A DNA stretch of 64,000 nt from Candidatus Heimdallarchaeota archaeon (GTDB lineage Archaea; Asgardarchaeota; Heimdallarchaeia; Hodarchaeales; Hodarchaeaceae), in assembly GCA_020353515.1 (NCBI GenBank), contig CP070695.1:2247155-2311154 (forward strand), written 5' to 3'. Each line of letters opens with the position of its first letter. The first letter of the stretch is position 1. The position numbers and the translations under genes were made by a program. Of the stretch, positions 29,065 through 37,384 are shown one piece after another. The notes beneath the pieces are model-generated. The model made no database searches. It saw nothing but the letters and a program-made list of their open reading frames with translations, and was not told the DNA's origin.

Positions 29065-29820
29065 CTATTTCATCCTATTTTCTAACTGGAGTAATTTGTT
29101 GTATAGGTCTTGTGCTGCTTTCATCTGGGCTTCTTTCTTGTTTTTCCCTTGACCTTTCCCTGTTAACCCCTTATTTTGGTAGGTCCCCTGACATAAGTAC
29201 CAATATTCTGGGTCATGATCAGGTCCCTCCCTTTTAAGTAATTGATAGGTGGCTTCAGGTATTTGCCGTTGCTGAAAAAATTCTTGAAGTCGATTTTTCG
29301 GATTGTATTCATTTTTCCCTTGGATAATATTTCCTATTTCATCATTAAGCAGAATATTGTCCATAAAATTTTCAAACAACTGTAATAAAAACGCTTGACA
29401 TGGAGCTAATCCATTAGCGACATATAATGCTCCAAAAATGGCTTCAACCGCATCAGCGAGATCTTTTTCTTGAATTGTATACGCGGGTGCACAACGAAGG
29501 ACAGGATCTATTTGCAATTTTTCTCCAAGTTTAGCTAATGTTGTATTTTGTACAATTTCGGCACGCTTTTTCGTCATATCTCCTTCTGTCATGATATTCT
29601 TGTTATACAACCATTCAAGAACAAGAAGATCAATAACTGAGTCTCCTAGTGTTTCAAGTCGCTGATTGTCACTGATACTCGGATCCACTGATTTATAAGA
29701 TGGGTGAGTAAGAGCTTCGATAAGTAACGGGAGAGGTAATTGTAGATTCCATCTGAGATTGAATTTTTGAAAAGCTCCAGTGGGTTGTTTCTTTAACATT
29801 AGGAAGGGCCTCTTTTTCAT
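29065..29820 (-). CDS. rnc: Ribonuclease III (RNase III domain + dsRBD)
   Basis: ALTHPSY, signature QRLETLGDS, ADAVEAIFGA, dsRBD PKNRLQE..EGPDH..G.G.NKKEAQMKAA. Confidence 0.93.
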   Translation of the reverse strand: MKKRPFLMLKKQPTGAFQKFNLRWNLQLPLPLLIEALTHPSYKSVDPSISDNQRLETLGDSVIDLLVLEWLYNKNIMTEGDMTKKRAEIVQNTTLAKLGEKLQIDPVLRCAPAYTIQEKDLADAVEAIFGALYVANGLAPCQAFLLQLFENFMDNILLNDEIGNIIQGKNEYNPKNRLQEFFQQRQIPEATYQLLKREGPDHDPEYWYLCQGTYQNKGLTGKGQGKNKKEAQMKAAQDLYNKLLQLENRMK

Positions 29821-29898
29821 ATTTCATGTAGAATGATTTAAAGGAAGCTAAAAATATTAGAATTTATAACTAAGTATGACCGAGATTCTTCTCAATAT

Positions 29899-31041
29899 AT
29901 GAAGGAAAGATATATGACACCAAAAACGCTGAAGGAGTATGGTTTAGAGTTTATTAACGAAATGGCCAAGGATCGAGAGGTAGCTCAACAAGAAATTGGT
30001 GTAGTTGTTTCTGGTGCCAAAAGTTCCCTTGTCAACCAAGGTCTTCCACATTTTACTTACAAAGATTTGGAAGAATTCGTTAAAATCATCAGGAAGGAGA
30101 CCTCTCGTATTGTAGATGGCGAACTGACTCGCATTACTATCAAATCTTTAGGTCGTATTCGACATGTTATCCAAAGTGATGCCACCTTTCTTCAAGAAGT
30201 AACATCTTCAGTTACCGAAGTGCAAATCCAAGAATTTGAAACCGAGATTACAAACTTAAAAGATCAAATCAGGGAGAAAAATACGCAGTTGTCTCAGCTT
30301 GAACACGAACGAGATGATATCCGTCGTGTATCTGAGGAAAATCAGGACAAAGTGAATCAATTAGAGATGGAGATAAAAAGGTTACAACTCCAAGTTCAAA
30401 ACCTTCAAGAGCAGGAGGAGCTGAGCCAAAAGAGTGTTGTAGAAATTAGGTCGGAATTAGCAGCTAAAGAGGCATTGATTGAGAAATTGAAAGAGCAAGA
30501 AAAGATCCACGAGAAAGATATTGAGGAAGCATTGGCATCTGTTGCTGAAACATATCAAATACAAGAAGATTATTATGCTCGGATGTTAGAAGAGGCGGTT
30601 CAACAACGATTAAAGCAAGTCCGCCAGGATTATGATTTGGAAATCGAAGAGATGCAAACTCGATTGAAGAATGAAATTGAACGTCATGAAGCGGACTCTA
30701 AACAACATAAAACTACAGTTTCTCGTCTTGAAGAATCTCTTGCCATGGCTGAAGCAGAACAACAAACCCTGCAAGAAAAATTAGCTCAAGTGTATGATGA
30801 ACGATCTCAACGTAATATGATTTTAGAATATACTCAGCGGTTACTCTCTACTCATCCATTGTATGCTTCAATCTTGATACTATTGAATCTTGGAGGCTCT
30901 CTGGATCTTCCTACACTCGCCATGTCTGTTGGTGCTCATCCAACGAGGCTTAAACAAATGTTACAAGAGGAATTGGTGTCAAGAAATTTGATCACTATTT
31001 CTTCTGACGATCCACCAATTGTGTATGCGAATATGGAATAA
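29899..31041 (+). CDS. Long coiled-coil protein with C-terminal winged-helix-like domain
   Basis: ~210 aa of heptad E/Q/K/L pattern; C-terminus LDLPTLAMSVGAHPTRLKQMLQEELVSRNLITI. Confidence 0.8.
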   Translation: MKERYMTPKTLKEYGLEFINEMAKDREVAQQEIGVVVSGAKSSLVNQGLPHFTYKDLEEFVKIIRKETSRIVDGELTRITIKSLGRIRHVIQSDATFLQEVTSSVTEVQIQEFETEITNLKDQIREKNTQLSQLEHERDDIRRVSEENQDKVNQLEMEIKRLQLQVQNLQEQEELSQKSVVEIRSELAAKEALIEKLKEQEKIHEKDIEEALASVAETYQIQEDYYARMLEEAVQQRLKQVRQDYDLEIEEMQTRLKNEIERHEADSKQHKTTVSRLEESLAMAEAEQQTLQEKLAQVYDERSQRNMILEYTQRLLSTHPLYASILILLNLGGSLDLPTLAMSVGAHPTRLKQMLQEELVSRNLITISSDDPPIVYANME

Positions 31042-31111
31042 AGATCTTAGAACTATTCTTCAGACTCTTCATCGCCAAAAAAAAGGTTCTAACATTTATA
31101 TGAAGGATATG

Positions 31112-31212
31112 GGCCGGCACGGGGAATCGAACCCCGACATGGAGGGCCACAACCTCCGAGACTACCATTATACTCTAAGCAGAACACTGCTTAAAATTAT
31201 CCTACGCCGGCC
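31112..31212 (-). tRNA. trnH: tRNA-His(GUG) with encoded G-1 and a 29-nt D-loop intron (~31168-31196)
   Basis: Acceptor GCCGGCG/TGCCGGC, anticodon arm GGAGG-TTGTGGC-CCTCC, T arm CGGGG-TTCGATT-CCCCG; removing 29 nt restores D arm GGAT-AATGGTA-GTCT (72 nt total). Confidence 0.93.
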
Positions 31213-31380
31213 AGGGTATATGGATATATCTAAGCATGGTTATATTAAAATCTTTAAGAATAAAGACTATTTCCATTGAAAAGGGAAGGAAATAAATCTC
31301 TTATGATTGGGAAGAGAAAAATTGAATGATTTAAAGAAGAGGGCACTATTCATTGAATTAAGACAACCAGATAATTTAAG

Positions 31381-31935
31381 GTGGATATAATGGATAAAAA
31401 AGATGTCAAGGAGTCTAATCTCGGATTAATTCACGTCATTACTGGTGATGGGAAAGGGAAGACGACATCTGCTTTAGGATTAGCACTTCGGGCTGCAGGA
31501 CATGGATTTCATTCATTGATTATCCAATTTATGAAAAAAGGGTGGGATTATGGTGAGTTAAAAGCACTTCAGAATATTCCAGAAATCTCAATCCTTCAAT
31601 TTGGGACTCCTGAGTTTGTCGATAAGGAGAATCCCAAGAAAATTGATCTAGATGAGGCTAAAGCTGCTTTAGATCGCGCTCGTATTGCTATTACTAACGA
31701 AAAGTGGAATATCTTAATTCTTGATGAAATAATTGTTGCTCTGGACTTTAAATTAATCTCTGAAAAACAGGTGATTGATGTCATCAAGCAAAAACCTAAA
31801 AATCTTGAGCTAGTTTTAACAGGCAGAGAGGCATCTAACGCGATAATTGAGCTTGCAGATTATTATACAGAAATCTGTGAACATAAACATCCATATCAAC
31901 GGAAGATATTAGCCCGAAAAGGTGTTGAGTATTGA
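31381..31935 (+). CDS. cobO: ATP:corrinoid adenosyltransferase (CobO/BtuR/CobA)
   Basis: [37 protein letters not shown]....ARKGVEY. Confidence 0.95.
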   Translation: MDIMDKKDVKESNLGLIHVITGDGKGKTTSALGLALRAAGHGFHSLIIQFMKKGWDYGELKALQNIPEISILQFGTPEFVDKENPKKIDLDEAKAALDRARIAITNEKWNILILDEIIVALDFKLISEKQVIDVIKQKPKNLELVLTGREASNAIIELADYYTEICEHKHPYQRKILARKGVEY

Positions 31936-33647
31936 CTTCGAATACAACTAATAGTGGAAAGGTTCAAATGGATGAAAAAACTGACAAGTTGGTTGAGATC
32001 AAACGAAAAAGGAAGGAATGGGAAGAAGTCTACAGTAAAACTGTAAAAAAGCATCCAGAGCGGTTACAGAAGTTTATGACAACTTCTAGTAAACCTATTA
32101 GTCAAATATATGATCCTACAGATCTTCCTGCGAACTGGGACTATCAAGACGCCTTAGGATATCCAAGCATGTTTCCTTTCACACGCGGTGTTCAACCTAC
32201 AATGTATCGTGGCCGATTATGGACCATGCGTCAGTTTGCAGGATTTGGGGGTGCTGAAGAGACTAATCAGCGGTTTAAGTTCCTTTTAGAACACGGAATG
32301 ACAGGCTTAAGCGTTGCTTTTCATCTTCCTACGATATATGGACGTGAATCAGAGCACCCTATGTCTCTTGGAGAGGTTGGAAAATTAGGTGTAGCTATTG
32401 ATACGTTAAAAGACATGGAAATCTTATTTGACGGAATTCCTCTTGATAAGGTTACTACCTCAATGACAATTAATGCACCTGCTTCTATTCTACTTGCAAT
32501 GTACATCGCAGTCGCAGAGAAACAGGGGGTAAGTTCCGATCAAATTGGTGGAACCATCCAAAATGACATCCTTAAGGAATTTATTGCTCAAAAATCGTAT
32601 ATCTTTCCCCCAAAACCATCAATGCGAATTATTGTGGATATTATCAAATACTGCTCTGAACATGTTCCACGCTGGAATACTATCTCTATTTCAGGATATC
32701 ATATCCGAGAAGCAGGATCCACTGCGGTTCAAGAACTGGCTTTCACTTTAGCTGATGGATTAGAATATGTGAGATGGGCTGTGGAAGCTGGGATGGATGT
32801 TGATGACTTTGCACCCCGATTATCATTCTTTTTTAATTCGCATAATGACTTATTTGAAGAGATAGCTAAGTATCGGGCTGCCCGACGTATTTGGGCTCGT
32901 CACATCCGTCAATATCAACCGAAAAACCCTCGTTCCATGTGGCTACGATTTCATACTCAAACTGCAGGATGTTCCTTAACAGCTCAACAGCCCTATAATA
33001 ATGTCGTACGAACTACAGTCCAAGCGTTAGCAGCGATATTAGGTGGAACACAATCCCTTCACACCAATTCATTAGATGAAGCATTAGCTTTACCTAGTGA
33101 GGAGGCAGTTGAGATTGCATTGCGGACTCAACAGATACTGGCCCATGAAAGCGGGGTAACAAATACAATTGATCCATTAGCAGGGAGCTATTTTATAGAA
33201 GCGTTAACAAATGAAATGGAAGAACAGACCGAGGAATATTTTTCCAAGGTTGAACAGTTGGGAGGAGTTATTCCCGCAATAGAAAAAGGATTTTTCCAGC
33301 AAGAAATAGCGAATGCGGCATATCAATATCAAAAGGAAATTGAAGGAAACCAGCGAGTAATAGTTGGAATTAATGATTTTAGTTCCGATGAGGAAATCGA
33401 AGTTCCACTCCTTCAAATCGGAGAAGAGATAGCTGAACGACAGATAGCACGCTTACATCAAACGAAAAAGGAACGAGACAATGAGGCAGTAGGAGAAGCG
33501 CTAGCAGAGGTACGTCAGGCTGCTGAAGGTACCGATAATTTAATGCCCCCTATTCTGAAAGCTGTGAAAGCCTATGCCTCTGTTGGTGAAATTTGTGACG
33601 TCTTACGAGAAGTCTTTGGAGAATGGAGAGGAGATCAATTGATCTGA
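31932..33647 (+). CDS. B12-dependent acyl-CoA mutase, substrate-binding subunit (isobutyryl-CoA-mutase-like)
   Basis: [56 protein letters not shown]. Confidence 0.95.
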   Translation: MTSNTTNSGKVQMDEKTDKLVEIKRKRKEWEEVYSKTVKKHPERLQKFMTTSSKPISQIYDPTDLPANWDYQDALGYPSMFPFTRGVQPTMYRGRLWTMRQFAGFGGAEETNQRFKFLLEHGMTGLSVAFHLPTIYGRESEHPMSLGEVGKLGVAIDTLKDMEILFDGIPLDKVTTSMTINAPASILLAMYIAVAEKQGVSSDQIGGTIQNDILKEFIAQKSYIFPPKPSMRIIVDIIKYCSEHVPRWNTISISGYHIREAGSTAVQELAFTLADGLEYVRWAVEAGMDVDDFAPRLSFFFNSHNDLFEEIAKYRAARRIWARHIRQYQPKNPRSMWLRFHTQTAGCSLTAQQPYNNVVRTTVQALAAILGGTQSLHTNSLDEALALPSEEAVEIALRTQQILAHESGVTNTIDPLAGSYFIEALTNEMEEQTEEYFSKVEQLGGVIPAIEKGFFQQEIANAAYQYQKEIEGNQRVIVGINDFSSDEEIEVPLLQIGEEIAERQIARLHQTKKERDNEAVGEALAEVRQAAEGTDNLMPPILKAVKAYASVGEICDVLREVFGEWRGDQLI

Positions 33648-33663
33648 ATGAACTTCCCAGTAG

Positions 33664-34077
33664 GTGAATAGAGTGACACGAAAAATTAGAGTCTTATTAG
33701 CAAAACCTGGATTAGATGGCCACGATCGCGGTGTGAAAGTTGTCGCACGGGCATTGAGAGATGCGGGAATGGAAGTAATCTATACTGGATTGCATAAGAG
33801 CCCAGAACAGATAGTAGAAGCAGCTTTACAAGAAGATGTTGATGTTATTGGATTATCTAGCCTAAGTGGATCTCATATGGCTCTATTTCCGCGAATTATC
33901 GAATTACTTGAAGAGAACGACATGATCAACGATACCCTTGTAGTCGCTGGCGGGATCATCCCTGATGTTGACGTTCCTAAGTTAAATGAAATTGGAATAA
34001 ATGGAATTTTTGGTCCTGGAACTGATACCACGGGCATAGTAAAATTCATCAAGTCAAATCTCAAGCGATCGTTGTGA
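33664..34077 (+). CDS. Acyl-CoA mutase cobalamin-binding small subunit
   Basis: [10 protein letters not shown] (DxHxxG), GLSSLSG, GGIIP, FGPG. Confidence 0.96.
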   Translation: MNRVTRKIRVLLAKPGLDGHDRGVKVVARALRDAGMEVIYTGLHKSPEQIVEAALQEDVDVIGLSSLSGSHMALFPRIIELLEENDMINDTLVVAGGIIPDVDVPKLNEIGINGIFGPGTDTTGIVKFIKSNLKRSL

Positions 34078-34408
34078 AAGTAAACCTTCTTAGACTTCTA
34101 AAGGATAGAAAGTTATAAAGATCATAATTTTTGTCTATAAACAGTTAAGTAACCGTACCACAATTAATAAAAGGGTAAATTGGATTTGATAGTCTTGCTA
34201 AAGTTCTTCTAAGGATAAGTAAGAAGAATTACCCTTCATGGTCAATCAGGTTGTTCTAATCAAATACTATTAGCAATTAATAGTACTTTAGAGCCGCATT
34301 AGCAAAATTAAAAAAGGATATTTTCTAGAAAAAAACTACATTTCTTCTAAATATCAAAATATTAAAGGAAATCATTCTATTTTCATGAAAAACGGATAGG
34401 GCGACAAA

Positions 34409-37249
34409 ATGGGACGAGGTTCCAACTTCAGGGGAAAACCAAGATTATTATTTCAAATTATCAGAATCAATCTTAAGAAATCACTCATTACGCTAATTGG
34501 AATGACAATTGCACTTGCAGTGATAGCTGGAAGCTTAATTTATTTAGAATCAACTGAAGTGGATTATTATTTAAAAGTTTTAGAAGATCCTTCCTATGAA
34601 AAACATTTGTCTTATCGTATTTATGATTATAAAAAGGAAAATCGGTCTGTAGAAGACATTACTAGGATTCACAGTACTCTTAATGGTAAAATTGCTAAAT
34701 TTAACGGGTCTGGTATTTTTATTCAGTCATCCTATCCATTTCTGTGTAGAATGTCTAGAAGCACATTATTACTGAACACAAGTCAAAGTTATCGGTATAT
34801 TGGGCTTCTCCTAGACGAATCAGTGATAGAAGATTGTATAAATGGCAGTCAAAACCCAAAAAACCAAGATGAGATGTTGGTTTTTATTCCAAGTGATGCT
34901 TCGACTGAACTAACTATAAACCAAACTATAAAACTCCCAATAATCTATAAACATAAAAGAAAAGAACTATACTATAATCTCAGTTTGAATATTTCGGGGG
35001 TCTTAACACCTACAAGTTTACGTCCTTCCTCTCCTCTATCAAACATAGTTAGTCTAAGTCAAATTCAATTCATAATGAACCTGAACCAGTATTTATCAGT
35101 CCTAAACACACTAAGAAACCTTTCTAGTAGGACTGTTTCCAATACAATGGAGTTCAATTATCAATTTAATTTTTCTATGTTGAACCACCAGAATGCCCAT
35201 CGAATAGCCCATGATTTGGTCAATATGCGAAAAGCTTGTTGGGATTGGAGAATTTATCAGGACTATACTCGATATGAGATCTCTCTCCCTTCTTCATCAG
35301 GAACATTACTCTATACTCTTCGAGGAGCAGTCGATGACTTTGATGCTTTTTTTTCGAGTTTTATAATTTATTGTATACCAGCTTTTATTGTCACTTTCCT
35401 GTTTGTGCAGTTTTCACTAGGTATAATCAATGAAGGTCGAAGAAAAGCTCTGGTCATGTATAAAATGCGAGGAATTTCCAAAAGATTCATATTTACTGTG
35501 TTATGTGGTGAAACATTTATTCTCGCACTTATTGCATCGGGTTTAGGGGTAATTCTAGGAATTCCCATTCATATCTTGATCTCTACAACAAGTGATTATC
35601 TCAGTTTTGATCTTTCAAAATGGCCAAATCTTACAATTATTTCTCAAGCTACCATTATATCTGTGATTGAATTCAGCTTATGTTTGACTTTCCTGTTGAA
35701 TTTTCGGACAATACTTCATCTCACTAAGGTAAATATCGTCATTTTGGAAGAGGAGGCAAGTAAAAAGAAGAAACGGAAAAGAGGCACGATTCGTCAAAAC
35801 ATTGATGTTTTTTTGTTATTACAAGGAATAATCGGAATTTTTATCTTGAATCTGTTTTTAAGAATCATAACTGAAGTTGATCAGGGTGATGCTGGGCTCT
35901 TAATGGCAATAATTTTTCCACTTGCTCTTTTAAGTCCGTTTTGTTTGTTGATTGGCTTTATTTTTTCATTTAATAGGTTAATGCCAATCATATTTGATAA
36001 ATTAGGGGGAATATTATGGAAGAGGGATTTTAAATTATTTGCTATGGCTGTTCGTAATTTATTTGTGAACATGAAAATGACGTCTCGGACAACACTGCTA
36101 ACAGCTGTAACAATCAGTTTTTTAATGATTCTATCTTCACTACCTATCTCTTTTAATCAACAAAGAATTAACACGGCATATTATAGGGCTGGAAGTGATC
36201 TTACTATTCGAACATATTCATTGAATGAAAGTGTGAAGGGAAATCTCTCAGCAGAATTAAACGAGGTTCCTGGGTTAACCACAACATTTATTTCAATTAA
36301 AAGATTTTATCTAGAGAATAAAGAGCCTGATATTGAAGTTATGGCAATCGAAGCCAATTTCGATGAGGTTGCGTTTTGGAAAGGAAACTATGCAAAACAT
36401 CCTCTTAGTGATCTTGTTCACACACTTTATAGCTCTAAAGCACAATTCCCAATAATTTTAGATTCTAGGTCAATGAAAATTGAAAACTTAACTATTCATA
36501 GCAATTATATTCAAAATTTTGATTTTACAATTTCATTTAATTTTACCATCGTCGAGACTACCGATTTTTGGCCTGGATTAATTGAAAGACATAAAGATGA
36601 GCAGAGATTTCTCATCATAAAACGTTCAATGTTTAATAATTTGATTAATTATTCTACTAGTAGTACATACATACATAGTAGTACATATCTGTGGGGTAAA
36701 GTAGATCCTAGTACGGACGCGAATGAAGTTATTTTACAGGTTAAAAATATAACATCAAAATATGAACTCGATATAAGGTATTTTGCACTTACAGCTAATA
36801 AATTAGAAATAGATCCTGATTCTCTTGAAGCTACATTCCTTTGGGGCGTCACTAATTTCAATTTTCTTGTTTCTCTCTTAGCATTATTGCTCCTATTATT
36901 TTTATCTTCAATCGCACGAATGACCAACCAATTAAAAGAAATCGGATTAAGTAGAGCATTAGGTATGAAATTCCGTCAGGTTTTTTTCTTAATGGTTATT
37001 GAACCACTTCTATTAGTCTTGATAAGTGGGATACCAGGAGGACTAATCGGTTTAGGATTGTTAATGCTTTTCATCAATCTTGGTCAAGGCCCTCCATTAA
37101 GTTCTGATCCACCGTTCATTTTAACGATTGATATACCATCTATACTCCTTATCTATGGTTCAATACTAATCACAGCAATCATAGCTGGTTTAATTACTTC
37201 GTACCGAGTAACTAGAGCTGATGTATCGAAGATACTAAAAGTGGAGTGA
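34409..37249 (+). CDS. Large FtsX/MacB-type ABC permease (paralog 1)
   Basis: Two FtsX halves: KMRGIS..E and KEIGLSRALGM motifs, YY.AGSDL, large extracellular domains. Confidence 0.9.
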   Translation: MGRGSNFRGKPRLLFQIIRINLKKSLITLIGMTIALAVIAGSLIYLESTEVDYYLKVLEDPSYEKHLSYRIYDYKKENRSVEDITRIHSTLNGKIAKFNGSGIFIQSSYPFLCRMSRSTLLLNTSQSYRYIGLLLDESVIEDCINGSQNPKNQDEMLVFIPSDASTELTINQTIKLPIIYKHKRKELYYNLSLNISGVLTPTSLRPSSPLSNIVSLSQIQFIMNLNQYLSVLNTLRNLSSRTVSNTMEFNYQFNFSMLNHQNAHRIAHDLVNMRKACWDWRIYQDYTRYEISLPSSSGTLLYTLRGAVDDFDAFFSSFIIYCIPAFIVTFLFVQFSLGIINEGRRKALVMYKMRGISKRFIFTVLCGETFILALIASGLGVILGIPIHILISTTSDYLSFDLSKWPNLTIISQATIISVIEFSLCLTFLLNFRTILHLTKVNIVILEEEASKKKKRKRGTIRQNIDVFLLLQGIIGIFILNLFLRIITEVDQGDAGLLMAIIFPLALLSPFCLLIGFIFSFNRLMPIIFDKLGGILWKRDFKLFAMAVRNLFVNMKMTSRTTLLTAVTISFLMILSSLPISFNQQRINTAYYRAGSDLTIRTYSLNESVKGNLSAELNEVPGLTTTFISIKRFYLENKEPDIEVMAIEANFDEVAFWKGNYAKHPLSDLVHTLYSSKAQFPIILDSRSMKIENLTIHSNYIQNFDFTISFNFTIVETTDFWPGLIERHKDEQRFLIIKRSMFNNLINYSTSSTYIHSSTYLWGKVDPSTDANEVILQVKNITSKYELDIRYFALTANKLEIDPDSLEATFLWGVTNFNFLVSLLALLLLLFLSSIARMTNQLKEIGLSRALGMKFRQVFFLMVIEPLLLVLISGIPGGLIGLGLLMLFINLGQGPPLSSDPPFILTIDIPSILLIYGSILITAIIAGLITSYRVTRADVSKILKVE

Positions 37250-37380
37250 GTGGAATGTTTTTAGAATGTAAAGACCTTATCAAAATCTATCCTTCTCCTG
37301 TTGAGGGATTGATGTTTCCAGCATTACGAGGATTGGATCTAAAGGATTCATTTAATTCTTATGAAATACGGATGGGGTGA
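37246..37380 (+). pseudogene. 5' remnant of an ABC ATPase gene forming a 44-aa ORF between the two permeases
   Basis: VSGMFLECKDLIKIYPSPVEGLMFPALRGLDLK.. is near-identical to the start of 40189-41082; GTGA overlap with permease 1 stop. Confidence 0.85.
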
Positions 37381-37384
37381 CAAA

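Noticed and set aside
29899-31041. SMC/Rad50 ATPase
   Set aside because: No Walker A/B, signature or hinge motifs
31019-31279. 86-aa ORF in the track
   Set aside because: Antisense to tRNA-His; spurious
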